Assembly (NCBI GenBank): GCA_041907605.1
Contig: JAYRGZ010000014.1
Location: forward strand, 5,116 to 69,115
Origin: Minisyncoccota bacterium
GTDB lineage: Bacteria > Patescibacteriota > Minisyncoccia > Phycocordibacterales > UBA9973
DNA length: 64,000 bases
Direction of reading: 5' to 3'
Both the position numbers and the translations under genes were made by a program. The notes beneath the pieces are model-generated. The model did no database searches. It was not told the DNA's origin and was given only the letters and a program-made list of their open reading frames with translations. Positions 30,532-41,837 of the stretch are shown here, piece after piece. Position 1 is the stretch's first letter, and each line of letters opens with the position of its first letter.

Positions 30532-30750
30532 ATGAAAACAGATACACACCCAACATATTTCCCTGAAGCAAAAGTGACCTGCGCATGCGGATCAGTTTTT
30601 AAAATTGGCTCAACAATTGATGGTTTTTCTGTAGAAATTTGTAGTCAATGTCATCCATTCTACACTGGTAACGAAAAGGTACTAGATACTGCAGGACGCG
30701 TCGATAGATTCAAGAAACGCCAAGAAGCTTCTAAAAAGAAAGCAAAATAA
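30532..30750 (+). CDS. rpmE: 50S ribosomal protein L31 (Zn-binding type)
   Basis: [24 protein letters not shown]. Confidence 0.97.
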   Translation: MKTDTHPTYFPEAKVTCACGSVFKIGSTIDGFSVEICSQCHPFYTGNEKVLDTAGRVDRFKKRQEASKKKAK

Positions 30751-30760
30751 CGTAGATCTA

Positions 30761-30791
30761 CAAAAAGAAACCGCAAGTCGGTTTCTTTTTG
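30761..30791 (+). terminator. Intrinsic terminator after rpmE
   Basis: CAAAAAGAAACCG-caagt-CGGTTTCTTTTTG. Confidence 0.8.
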
Positions 30792-30810
30792 CATGCTAGA
30801 ATATAAATAT

Positions 30811-31782
30811 ATGGACTGGGATAGAGAAGAACTAAAAAAGAATTATAAAACAAGTTTTCTTATTGAATCATATGAGAGACTCGAGATTGAAGAAGAAAAA
30901 ATAAAAGACATGATCTCAGATGATCAGTCTCTTTTTGAGCTTGGCAAGGACGAATTAGAAACAATTCGAACCCAGAGAGATGCTATAGAAAAGCAGATAA
31001 ATGCAATATTAGAAAAAGACAAGGAGGAAGAAGAATTTCCAAATGAAATAATCCTTGAGGTACGTGCTGGAGCTGGAGGAGATGAAGCATCACTTTTTGC
31101 ATGGGAAATTGCACAAATGTATGAGCGTTATGCTGACACAAGAGGATGGGATTGGAAAATAATTAGTTCATCTGAAAGTGCAGTGAGTGGTTACAAAGAA
31201 GCTTCAATAGAAATAAAAGGGAAAGATGTTTATAAAGATTTGAGATACGAAACAGGTGTACACCGCGTACAGAGAACTCCAGCAACAGAAAAAAATGGAC
31301 GCATACATACCTCTACAGCTTCTGTTGCAATTTTGCCGATTCGAAAAAAAGTTACATTTGAAATAAATCCTAGTGATTTAGATATGGAGTACTCACGTTC
31401 AGGTGGAGCAGGTGGACAAAACGTGAACAAAGTGGAAACAGCTGTGAGATTGATTCACAAGCCCACTGGAATCGATGTACGTTCAACATCTGAGCGAAGT
31501 CAGCTTGCAAACCGAGAAAAAGCTATGGAAATCCTCCAGGCTAAATTGCTTCAAATGAAAGAGGAAGAAGAAGCCAAAAAATATTCTAGCGACCGTAAAA
31601 ATCAAATTGGTACAGCAGACCGAAGTGAAAAGATAAGAACATATAACTTTCCACAGGATAGAGTAACCGATCACCGTATAAAACAATCATGGTCAAATTT
31701 GCCGCAAATTCTCATGGGCAATATTGATAAAATCATAAAAGCCTTACAGGAAGGCACGGTAGGGACAGATGATAGCGAATAA
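30811..31782 (+). CDS. prfA: Peptide chain release factor 1
   Basis: PAT motif, [22 protein letters not shown]. Confidence 0.95.
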   Translation: MDWDREELKKNYKTSFLIESYERLEIEEEKIKDMISDDQSLFELGKDELETIRTQRDAIEKQINAILEKDKEEEEFPNEIILEVRAGAGGDEASLFAWEIAQMYERYADTRGWDWKIISSSESAVSGYKEASIEIKGKDVYKDLRYETGVHRVQRTPATEKNGRIHTSTASVAILPIRKKVTFEINPSDLDMEYSRSGGAGGQNVNKVETAVRLIHKPTGIDVRSTSERSQLANREKAMEILQAKLLQMKEEEEAKKYSSDRKNQIGTADRSEKIRTYNFPQDRVTDHRIKQSWSNLPQILMGNIDKIIKALQEGTVGTDDSE

Positions 31783-31920
31783 CTAGCCTTTTAATTAAAT
31801 GTGTGGTATACTTGTAGAAGTAGTTTTCTTATTGGAGATTACGTTTTAATAGTCCCTGTATCAGGGATTCTGTACATTCGGTATAGAATTAGTTAGATGT
31901 GTAGCGATACACAAAAGTAA

Positions 31921-32190
31921 ATGGCTAAGAAATTATATGTCGGCGGTCTACCTTATAGTACAACCGACAACGAGCTCAAAGATCACTTTGCAGCTGCAGG
32001 TTCAGTATCAAGTGCAATTATTATCAAGGACAAGATGACAGGCCGATCAAAAGGTTTTGGATTCGTAGAAATGGATAATGATGATGACGCTGACAAGGCT
32101 GTCTCAATGTTCAATGGACAAGATTTTGGTGGAAGAAAATTGACTGTTAATGAAGCTCGACCACTCGAGAGTCGTCCAAACAGAGGATAA
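31921..32190 (+). CDS. RRM-domain RNA-binding protein
   Basis: RNP2 LYVGGL, RNP1 KGFGFVEM. Confidence 0.95.
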   Translation: MAKKLYVGGLPYSTTDNELKDHFAAAGSVSSAIIIKDKMTGRSKGFGFVEMDNDDDADKAVSMFNGQDFGGRKLTVNEARPLESRPNRG

Positions 32191-32207
32191 CACTGACTTT
32201 TCTAAAC

Positions 32208-32232
32208 AAACACCCCCGAAAGGGGGTGTTTT
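32208..32232 (+). terminator. Intrinsic terminator
   Basis: AAACACCCCC-GAAA-GGGGGTGTTTT. Confidence 0.88.
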
Positions 32233-32312
32233 ATGTTGCGGTGTAATGGTATTTTTGATATAGTGGCACAGAGCGAAATAGGCTCAGTTTTTTTATTTAG
32301 CTCAATCTCTAT

Positions 32313-32384
32313 GCGTGTGTAGTTCAGTGGTAGAACGCTGTCCTGATAAGACAGAGGTCGAAGGTCCGATTCCTTCCACACGCA
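32313..32384 (+). tRNA. tRNA-Ile(GAU)
   Basis: Acceptor GCGTGTG/CACACGC+A, D-arm GTTC/GAAC, anticodon arm CTGTC-CTGATAA-GACAG, T-arm GAAGG-TCCGATT-CCTTC; CCA not encoded. Confidence 0.9.
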
Positions 32385-32422
32385 CAAACAGGTGAAATTA
32401 TGGAAATTTAACCTGTTTAAGG

Positions 32423-32665
32423 ATGAATACAAACAATCAAAAGTTCCTGCGGGTAGGATTAGTCCTATTCGCGAAGATATCCGCTTGGGTAGCATTTCCA
32501 ATTGTAATTGCCCTATATTTTGGAAAATGGTTGGATAGCAAAACCGGTAATGAAAATTTATTCTTTCTTATTTGTACTGGAATTGCGTTTGTTGTTTCCA
32601 TGATAGGTATAACAAGAGAAACGCTAAAATATATTGAGAATATAAAAAATGACGCAAGAAAATAA
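32423..32665 (+). CDS. AtpZ/AtpI-family protein
   Basis: Two TM helices, GKWLD motif, first gene of atp operon. Confidence 0.85.
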   Translation: MNTNNQKFLRVGLVLFAKISAWVAFPIVIALYFGKWLDSKTGNENLFFLICTGIAFVVSMIGITRETLKYIENIKNDARK

Positions 32666-33533
32666 TTTAAATGACATCATAAACGAGCCCGCACAAGAGA
32701 ATGCACCACAGGAAAGTGGTGAAATTGAACACGCGACAACACTGTACGCTGAACCAGTATTCTCGATTGGAAATTATCATGTTACAAATGCGTTACTTAC
32801 AAGTACGATTTCAGTATTCGTAATTGTACTAATGTCAATTTTAATAAAAGCAAATATCAAGAAAGTTCCAGGTAAATTTCAAGCGTTTTTTGAAACAATA
32901 TTAGAAGGAGCACTATCACTTGCCGATCAGGTCACTGGTAGCAGGAAAAAGACACAAAAAGTATTTCCACTTGTTATGGCAATATTTTTCTTTGTATTGA
33001 TAAACAACTGGATAGGAATATTACCATTTGGTGCATTTGGGCTTCTAGAGAAGGGAAATGAAGGCTTATCATTCGTACCATTTTTACGTAGTGGAACTGC
33101 AGATATAAATACTACAATTGGTCTCGCTCTTATGGCTGTTTTGGGCTCAAATATATTCGGAATTTTCTCTATTGGGGTCTGGAAAACACTCAATAAATAT
33201 GTTAATCTAAAGGCTCTCGGACACATGGTTACGAAGGTTCGTCACGATCCTACAATACTACTTGTTGCTCCGATTATGTTCTTTGTTGGAATCCTAGAAT
33301 TAATAGGTGAAGCTGCAAAAGTTGCATCACTTTCTTTTCGTCTCTTTGGTAATGTTTTTGCTGGAGAAGTACTCCTTGGTTCTATGGCAGCACTTCTCGC
33401 ATATATATTGCCTGTACCGTTTTTATTCCTTGAAGTTTTTGTTGGATTAATTCAGGCACTAATATTTTCAATGTTAACTCTAGTGTATTTCACAATAGCG
33501 TCAGAAGATCACGATGAGGAACATCATGAGTAA
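32649..33533 (+). CDS. atpB: ATP synthase F0 subunit a
   Basis: TADINTT, SLSFRLFGNVFAGE, LIQALIF. Confidence 0.96.
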   Translation: MTQENNLNDIINEPAQENAPQESGEIEHATTLYAEPVFSIGNYHVTNALLTSTISVFVIVLMSILIKANIKKVPGKFQAFFETILEGALSLADQVTGSRKKTQKVFPLVMAIFFFVLINNWIGILPFGAFGLLEKGNEGLSFVPFLRSGTADINTTIGLALMAVLGSNIFGIFSIGVWKTLNKYVNLKALGHMVTKVRHDPTILLVAPIMFFVGILELIGEAAKVASLSFRLFGNVFAGEVLLGSMAALLAYILPVPFLFLEVFVGLIQALIFSMLTLVYFTIASEDHDEEHHE

Positions 33534-33620
33534 TGGTAAGTCAAACTTTGTTGAGAATTTATCTCTATAAAGTTTGCCCTATCATAATTAAAAGGGTTTA
33601 TTATTAATAAGTAATTATAA

Positions 33621-33836
<216 letters not shown>

Positions 33837-33848
33837 TTAGTAGTTGCC

Positions 33849-33934
33849 AGATTTAAGATTTGAGTAATCCGATCTTAAATCTCAAACTGCTTGTTACGCA
33901 GTATTAATTTAAATCTTAAATCTTTAATCTAAAT
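33849..33934. repeat. Heptamer-based (AGATTTA/TAAATCT) intergenic repeat, copy 1
   Basis: AGATTTAAGAT...ATCTTAAATCT inverted repeat and AAATCTTAAATCTTTAATCTAAAT. Confidence 0.7.
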
Positions 33935-33936
33935 TC

Positions 33937-34431
33937 ATGGATTCACTTATAGCTACATTTCATATTGACTGGAAAATAATAATCGCACAGATGGTAAACT
34001 TTGCCATTGTGTTTTTTGTGCTGTACCGGTTTGCAATTAAACCGCTCTCCAAACTTATGTCAGAACGACAAACTGAAATAAAGAAAGGATTAGATGATGC
34101 AGAACAGAATAAAAAAATTCTGGAGGATACTCAGAAAAGTTATGATGATGCATTAGCTCAAGCTCGCAAAGAAGGTACAGCAATAATTGCTGAGGCGAAG
34201 AAGGAAGCTAGCAAGAAAAAGGACGAACTTATTAAGATTGCAGAAAATGATGTCGCTACAATGCTCAAAAATGGTAAATCTGCCCTAGATTCTGAAAAGC
34301 AGAAAATGATTGCGGATGCTAAGAAAGAGCTAGCGTCTCTTGTAGTTATGAGTACCGAAAAAGTTTTAAGTGGTGTAGTAGATAAGGATATGAGAGAGAA
34401 AATTTCTAAAGCAACAGTAAAAGAAATATAG
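33937..34431 (+). CDS. atpF: ATP synthase F0 subunit b
   Basis: QMVNF TM, KPL..ERQ, coiled coil, operon position. Confidence 0.93.
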   Translation: MDSLIATFHIDWKIIIAQMVNFAIVFFVLYRFAIKPLSKLMSERQTEIKKGLDDAEQNKKILEDTQKSYDDALAQARKEGTAIIAEAKKEASKKKDELIKIAENDVATMLKNGKSALDSEKQKMIADAKKELASLVVMSTEKVLSGVVDKDMREKISKATVKEI

Positions 34432-34432
34432 A

Positions 34433-34837
34433 ATGAAAAAAATCAGTACAAATGAATACGCAGAAATCCTATTTGAGATTACTCATGATAAAAGTGGAAA
34501 AGAATTAGAAAAAGCTTTGAAAGTATTCACATCATACTTATCGAGGAATAAATCTTTAGGAAAATTTGAAGAAATAAAAAAGTCATTTGTGAGTTTAGTA
34601 GATGGTAAACATGGTGTCGTCAGAGGGAAAATTTTCACAGCACAAAAACTACACAGAGACGAATTGTCCGAAATCAGTAAGAGTTTAGAAAAAACATTCA
34701 ATGCCAAGGAGATAATACTAGAAGAAATTGAGGATGATAAATTGGTTGCTGGATGGAAGATACGAACTGAAAATTATTTGATTGATGGAAGTGTACGAGG
34801 TCGGATTGATAAATTAGGATTAGTGCTTACAAAATAA
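34433..34837 (+). CDS. atpH: ATP synthase F1 subunit delta (short)
   Basis: YAEIL, LVAGWKI..IDGSV, operon position. Confidence 0.85.
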   Translation: MKKISTNEYAEILFEITHDKSGKELEKALKVFTSYLSRNKSLGKFEEIKKSFVSLVDGKHGVVRGKIFTAQKLHRDELSEISKSLEKTFNAKEIILEEIEDDKLVAGWKIRTENYLIDGSVRGRIDKLGLVLTK

Positions 34838-34841
34838 ATTT

Positions 34842-36347
34842 ATGGCAAACACACAACATATATTAGAACAATTAAAAAATGAGATCGAAGGTTTTGATGG
34901 GAGTACAACTCGTGAGGAGATTGGTACTGTACTTGAAGTCGGTGACGGTATCGCTCGAGTATCAGGACTTCGAGGTGTAAAAGCATCAGAAATGGTCACG
35001 TTTGCAGGTGGAGAGACAGGTGTAGCGCTAAACCTCGAAGAAGACACTGTTGGAATAATTATTCTCGGAGAATTCGGAAAGATTAAGGAGGGGCAGGAAG
35101 TTCGTCTAACAGGAAAAATTCTAGAAATAGGTGTTGGCGATTCTATAGTAGGACGTGTTGTCGATCCACTTGGTCACGCACTCGATGGTAAAGGAGATAT
35201 AAAAGTAGAGCAAACACTTCCAATTGAACGCGTAGCACCCGGAGTTATTACTCGTCAGTCAGTTGATCAACCAGTGCAAACTGGTATTAAAGCAATTGAC
35301 GCTCTTGTCCCTGTTGGACGTGGACAACGTGAACTTATAATCGGAGATCGTCAGACCGGAAAGACTGCTATCGCAATAGACACAATACTAAACCAAAAAG
35401 GTCAGAATATGATTTGTGTGTACGTAGCTATCGGTCAGAAGGATTCTAAACTCCGAGCACTTGAGACTCGTCTACGCACAGCAGGAGCAATGGATTACAC
35501 TGTTATTGTTTCAGCTGGAGCATCAGATCCATCTCCTATGCAATACCTAGCACCTTACGCTGGCGTGACAGTAGCTGAATACTTCATGGATAAAGGACAA
35601 GATGTACTTATCATCTATGATGATCTATCAAAGCATGCTGTTGCATACCGTGAAATTTCACTTCTCCTTCGTCGTCCACCAGGTCGTGAAGCGTATCCTG
35701 GAGACGTTTTCTATCTTCACTCAAGACTTCTTGAGAGAGCTTGTCGAAGAAACAAAGAACACGGTGGCGGATCAATTACCGCACTTCCTATAATCGAAAC
35801 TCAAGCAGGAGATATCTCAGCGTACATCCCAACAAACGTGATCTCTATCACTGACGGACAGATATTCCTAGAAACTGATTTGTTCTACAAAGGTGTTCGC
35901 CCTGCAGTAAACGTGGGATTCTCTGTGTCCCGTGTGGGTGGTTCAGCACAAATTAAAGCAATGAAAAAAGTTGCGGGAACTTTGAAACTCGACCTTGCAC
36001 AATTCCGTGAGCTTGAAGCTTTTGCGCAATTTGGTTCTGATCTCGATCAAGCAACACGAAATCAAATCGAACGTGGACGCCGTGCAGTTGAACTTCTAAA
36101 ACAAACTCAATATTCACCGATGCTTGTACAGCACCAAGTAGTATCTCTCTACGCTCTAACACGTGGATATATGGATACTGTACCTGTTGCTAAGATTAGG
36201 GAATTCGAAGCTGGATTAATCGAATTCGTTGAAGCAAACTGTGAAGAATTTATATCTGACATAACTACGAAAAAGATGTGGGAAGAAGCTAGTGAAGCAA
36301 AATTAAAAACTACGATTGAGAGTTTTAAATCAACATTTCTAAGTTAA
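34842..36347 (+). CDS. atpA: ATP synthase F1 subunit alpha
   Basis: [31 protein letters not shown]. Confidence 0.99.
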   Translation: MANTQHILEQLKNEIEGFDGSTTREEIGTVLEVGDGIARVSGLRGVKASEMVTFAGGETGVALNLEEDTVGIIILGEFGKIKEGQEVRLTGKILEIGVGDSIVGRVVDPLGHALDGKGDIKVEQTLPIERVAPGVITRQSVDQPVQTGIKAIDALVPVGRGQRELIIGDRQTGKTAIAIDTILNQKGQNMICVYVAIGQKDSKLRALETRLRTAGAMDYTVIVSAGASDPSPMQYLAPYAGVTVAEYFMDKGQDVLIIYDDLSKHAVAYREISLLLRRPPGREAYPGDVFYLHSRLLERACRRNKEHGGGSITALPIIETQAGDISAYIPTNVISITDGQIFLETDLFYKGVRPAVNVGFSVSRVGGSAQIKAMKKVAGTLKLDLAQFRELEAFAQFGSDLDQATRNQIERGRRAVELLKQTQYSPMLVQHQVVSLYALTRGYMDTVPVAKIREFEAGLIEFVEANCEEFISDITTKKMWEEASEAKLKTTIESFKSTFLS

Positions 36348-36356
36348 TAAATTAAG

Positions 36357-37238
36357 ATGGCTGGATCATTAGATATAAAAAGACGAATAAAGAGTGTGAA
36401 AAACACGAAGAAGATTACCAAAGCCATGGAGCTGGTTTCTGCTTCCAAAATGAAGCGCGCAGTGAGCGCGACTCTGGCATCTCGTCCATACTCAAAAACA
36501 TCTTGGGAAATTCTCGGTGCCTTGTCACAAATTTCGGCTGATAGTGAACACCCACTGCTTAAACAAAATGAGGTAAGGAATATTTTGATAGTACTAATTA
36601 GCTCAAATCGTGGTCTCTGCGGAGCATACAATGCTCAAATAATTCGCAAGGTTATAGAGACTATCAAATCAGAAAGTGACAAAAATGTTTCTTTTGTTGC
36701 TGTAGGAAAGAAGGGTGAGGCAGCACTAAGAAGACTAGGGCAGAATATCGTGGCATCATTCACTGAAATTCCCGACAATGCGACATTGCGTGATGTCATG
36801 CCGATTGGAAATATGGTGATGAATGATTTCAAGAAAAATTCCTATGACAAAGTCTATATCGCATACACAGACTTTATCTCAGCCCTTCTATCTAAACCAA
36901 TCATCCAACCACTACTACCAATATCAAACGAAGGATTAACACTTGTAAATAGTGAAACTGATAATAATAAGGCCAACAATACTGCTTATACCTTCGAGCC
37001 AGGTTATGAAGTACTAATGGATAAACTGGTTGAAAAGATTGCTAGAGCTCAGGTATATCAAATGATTCTAGAATCCTCAGCCTCTGAGCAATCCTCTCGC
37101 ATGATGGCTATGAAGAATGCATCGGAAGCTGCAGGGGAAATGATTGATGATCTGACACTAGCATTCAACAAAGCTCGTCAGGCATCTATAACAAAGGAAA
37201 TATCAGAAATTAGCGCCGGTATGGCATCAGTTAGTTAA
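36357..37238 (+). CDS. atpG: ATP synthase F1 subunit gamma
   Basis: KITKAMELVS, RGLCG, RQASITKEISEI. Confidence 0.98.
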   Translation: MAGSLDIKRRIKSVKNTKKITKAMELVSASKMKRAVSATLASRPYSKTSWEILGALSQISADSEHPLLKQNEVRNILIVLISSNRGLCGAYNAQIIRKVIETIKSESDKNVSFVAVGKKGEAALRRLGQNIVASFTEIPDNATLRDVMPIGNMVMNDFKKNSYDKVYIAYTDFISALLSKPIIQPLLPISNEGLTLVNSETDNNKANNTAYTFEPGYEVLMDKLVEKIARAQVYQMILESSASEQSSRMMAMKNASEAAGEMIDDLTLAFNKARQASITKEISEISAGMASVS

Positions 37239-37256
37239 ATTATTAGACATTATTAA

Positions 37257-38624
<1,368 letters not shown>

Positions 38625-38628
38625 TTAA

Positions 38629-38702
38629 CAGATTTAAGATTTAAGTTATAAGGAATAAAAAATTCCTTTTCTAAAATCTCTAATCTAAAATCTTTAATCT
38701 AA
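38629..38702. repeat. Heptamer-based intergenic repeat, copy 2
   Basis: CAGATTTAAGATTTAAG ... AAAATCTCTAATCTAAAATCTTTAATCTAA. Confidence 0.7.
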
Positions 38703-39133
38703 TGACAAAGCAATTACAACTAAAAATAATCACGCCAGAACGCATAGTACTTGAGGAGCTAGTGGATTTGGTGACTTTGCCTACTACAGAAGGTGAGATT
38801 ACAATCCTGCCAGATCATATTCCACTTATCTCAACTCTTGCCTCAGGCGACGTAGTGGCCAAAGTAAATGGTGAAGTAATACCTATGGCGGTTTCTGGTG
38901 GATTTATAGAGGTATCTGACAATGTGGTCAAGATACTGGCTGATTTTGCAGAACATGTGTCAGAAATAAATGATGATGCGGTAGAGAAGGCACGGAGTCG
39001 CGCAGAAGAAATCAAAAAGATGAAGGACAACAATGAAGTTGTAGACTTTGAGCACTACGAGGCTGAACTCGAACGATCTCTAACTCGCGTGAAAATTGCC
39101 GACAAGTGGCGCAATAAAAAGTATAGAATCTAG
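38702..39133 (+). CDS. atpC: ATP synthase F1 subunit epsilon
   Basis: IITPE, GEITILPDHIP, VSGGF. Confidence 0.95.
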   Translation: MTKQLQLKIITPERIVLEELVDLVTLPTTEGEITILPDHIPLISTLASGDVVAKVNGEVIPMAVSGGFIEVSDNVVKILADFAEHVSEINDDAVEKARSRAEEIKKMKDNNEVVDFEHYEAELERSLTRVKIADKWRNKKYRI

Positions 39134-39136
39134 TAT

Positions 39137-40027
39137 ATGGAAAACACTCATACAATTCTTCTATATTACAAATATGTAAAATTGGATGACCCAAAGATAG
39201 AAATGGAAAAGCAGAGAGCGATCTGTGAGGTACTTGGTCTTACCGGTAGAATTATAGTTTCAGAAGAAGGAATCAACGGCACTTGTGAAGGAACAACGGA
39301 AAATACTGAGAAATATATAGCTTGGATGGATAAGCAAAAGAAATTTAGAAATATTCATTGGAAGAAGAGCGTAGGAACAGGGAATGCCTTTCCAAAATTA
39401 TCTGTGAAGGTTCGTAAAGAAATAGTATCTCTTCACTTAGATGAAAATGAAGATATTAATCCCAATGTTGTGACAGGTAAAAAACTAAAACCTGACGAGC
39501 TACGTAAATGGTATGAAGAAAATAAGAATTTCTATATTGTTGATATGCGAAATGATTATGAGCTAGAAGTTGGTAAATTTGAAGGCACAGTATTTCCGGG
39601 ACTTGAGAATTTTCGTGATTTGAAGAAAAATTTGAATATTATAGATGATTTAAAAGATAAGACGGTACTCACTGTCTGTACAGGAGGTGTTAGATGTGAG
39701 AAAGCCTCAGGACTACTACTTAAAAGCGGTTTTAAGGACGTATACCAGCTAGATGGAGGAATAGTAAGTTATATGGAGAAATACCCTGGCAAGGACTTCA
39801 AGGGCTCTCTATACGTATTTGACCAGAGAGTTACCATGAACTTCGATGGCGATAAGCATGAGATAATTGGTAAATGTTATAGATGCTCTAATCCGTCTGA
39901 GAGGTATGTGAATTGTGCGAATTTAATGTGCCACAAACATTTTATTTGTTGTAAAAATTGTGATACAGCAAATGGATCATTTTGTAGCACGAAGTGTGAA
40001 GAAACTGTATTAGCAGTGAAAAATTAG
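39137..40027 (+). CDS. Rhodanese-related tRNA hydroxylase (TrhO/UPF0176-like)
   Basis: LYYKY, EGINGT, DMRNDYE, CTGGVRCEKAS, YVFDQR. Confidence 0.88.
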   Translation: MENTHTILLYYKYVKLDDPKIEMEKQRAICEVLGLTGRIIVSEEGINGTCEGTTENTEKYIAWMDKQKKFRNIHWKKSVGTGNAFPKLSVKVRKEIVSLHLDENEDINPNVVTGKKLKPDELRKWYEENKNFYIVDMRNDYELEVGKFEGTVFPGLENFRDLKKNLNIIDDLKDKTVLTVCTGGVRCEKASGLLLKSGFKDVYQLDGGIVSYMEKYPGKDFKGSLYVFDQRVTMNFDGDKHEIIGKCYRCSNPSERYVNCANLMCHKHFICCKNCDTANGSFCSTKCEETVLAVKN

Positions 40028-40040
40028 GTATACTTCCAAA

Positions 40041-40868
40041 ATGGTTGATGTCAAAAAATCAAGCGGCAGACAGGAGCCTTTTAATAGGCAGAAACTTTGT
40101 ATATCACTGGAAAATGCTGGAGCACCACACGATATTGCCCAATCAATTTGTAGAAATATTGAACAAAAAATTACTCCAAACATCTCTACACACAGAATCT
40201 TCAGATCAGCTCTCCGTGAATTAATAAAAACAAATCGTGACGTAGCAGCACGTTACAGTATTCATCGTGGTATTGCTGCACTTGGTCCTGCTGGTTTTTT
40301 CTTTGAACAATATGTTGAAGCTATACTACAGGCTTATGGCTACAAGACCAAGAGAGATACTATTATGAAGGGCGCTTGCATAAGTCACGAGATTGATTTG
40401 ACTGCTACAAAGGATAATGTTCATTACTTATTTGAGCTCAAGTACCACAACGAACAGGGAATAAAAACTCATGTACCCGTGGTAATGTATGCCGATGCGA
40501 GACTACAAGATATTTCAAAAATTGAAAACAGAAAAGAAAAAAACAGGTACGAACATCGTATGTGGCTAGTAACGAATACAAAATTTACCGATACCGCAAT
40601 CACATATGCAAAATGCAAACACATAAAATTAACCGGTTGGAACTATCCAAAAAACGAAAGCTTGGAAGATCTGATAGCGAATAAAAAACTTTATCCAGTT
40701 ACAATCCTACCTTCCATTTCAAGCGATATACTCACAATTCTTGCTGAGAGGAAAATAATCTTGGCTCAAGATCTAGCAACATATGATATCGGTGATCTAA
40801 TTTTACTTGGCATGAACGAAGCAACAGCACGTAAAATACAGGAGGAAGTAAGGGGACTATTCGTATAA
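40041..40868 (+). CDS. ATP-cone plus Mrr-like restriction endonuclease-fold protein
   Basis: VKKSSGRQEPF ATP-cone start; GFFFE, HEID, ELK, VTNTKFT. Confidence 0.78.
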   Translation: MVDVKKSSGRQEPFNRQKLCISLENAGAPHDIAQSICRNIEQKITPNISTHRIFRSALRELIKTNRDVAARYSIHRGIAALGPAGFFFEQYVEAILQAYGYKTKRDTIMKGACISHEIDLTATKDNVHYLFELKYHNEQGIKTHVPVVMYADARLQDISKIENRKEKNRYEHRMWLVTNTKFTDTAITYAKCKHIKLTGWNYPKNESLEDLIANKKLYPVTILPSISSDILTILAERKIILAQDLATYDIGDLILLGMNEATARKIQEEVRGLFV

Positions 40869-40871
40869 TCT

Positions 40872-41552
40872 ATGACAACACTTTACGTTATTGCGACACC
40901 AATAGGAAACTTGGGAGATATATCATCGAGGGCATTAAAGATACTTTCTGAAGTTGATACTATTTTATGTGAAGATACACGTGTTACAAAGAAACTTTTA
41001 TCACACTTTGGTATTACAACTAGAACAATGAGTTACGACGCCCACACATCTGGTAGCAAGCACCGAACCATCCTAGAAATGCTTTCAAATGGAAGGGACC
41101 TTGCCTTAGTAAGTGATGCCGGAACACCGTGCATTTCTGATCCAGGAGTAATGCTAATCAATGAAATATACAAAGAGTTCGGTGACAAAATAAAAATATC
41201 TCCTATCCCCGGTGCAAGCGCGCTAACAGCACTTTTGTCTGTATCAGGATTGAGCTCTATGCCATTTACGTTTTTAGGTTTTATACCTCAAAAGAAGGGA
41301 AGAGAGACCTTTTTCAAAAAGCTTAATGATTACGAACATACTGTTGTAATGTATGAATCACCACATAGATTTATGAAAACAATTGAATCTCTTTCAAAAA
41401 ATCTGGACGATAAGAAAATTATTGTGATCGGACGTGAAATTACAAAGATGTTTGAGGAAATAAAACGCGGAAATATTCTAGAAATTTCTAAGTATTTTGC
41501 GGAAAACCCTTCGAAGGTAAAAGGTGAATTTACAATTATTATTGGACAGTAA
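40872..41552 (+). CDS. rsmI: 16S rRNA C1402 2'-O-methyltransferase
   Basis: ATPIGNL, CEDTR, VSDAGTP.ISDPG, YESPHR, KGEF. Confidence 0.96.
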   Translation: MTTLYVIATPIGNLGDISSRALKILSEVDTILCEDTRVTKKLLSHFGITTRTMSYDAHTSGSKHRTILEMLSNGRDLALVSDAGTPCISDPGVMLINEIYKEFGDKIKISPIPGASALTALLSVSGLSSMPFTFLGFIPQKKGRETFFKKLNDYEHTVVMYESPHRFMKTIESLSKNLDDKKIIVIGREITKMFEEIKRGNILEISKYFAENPSKVKGEFTIIIGQ

Positions 41553-41591
41553 TAATTTTTAAAAAGTTAGATTAAATAGTATAATAGCAAC

Positions 41592-41837
41592 ATGAAAAAA
41601 CGATATATATTTCTCATCTGCGGATTTCTGATAGCAGTAATGCCAATACTCGGATTTCCAAGCTCATTTAAAAATATATTTTATATAATAATCGGTATAG
41701 TGTTGATTGTCTTATCATATAAATGGGGTGATGCGAGCGAGATTAGAAGACAAGGTGAGGCTGTAGTTGAAAAGACTTTCGCGGAAAATAAGCCAAGCAA
41801 CAAGATGGATTCAATCCACATAAATGAGAGTAATTGA
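41592..41837 (+). CDS. Small membrane protein
   Basis: Two TM helices, PILGFP. Confidence 0.7.
   Translation: MKKRYIFLICGFLIAVMPILGFPSSFKNIFYIIIGIVLIVLSYKWGDASEIRRQGEAVVEKTFAENKPSNKMDSIHINESN

Noticed and set aside
32202-32501. 99-aa minus-strand ORF
   Set aside because: Antisense to the tRNA and atpZ; shadow ORF
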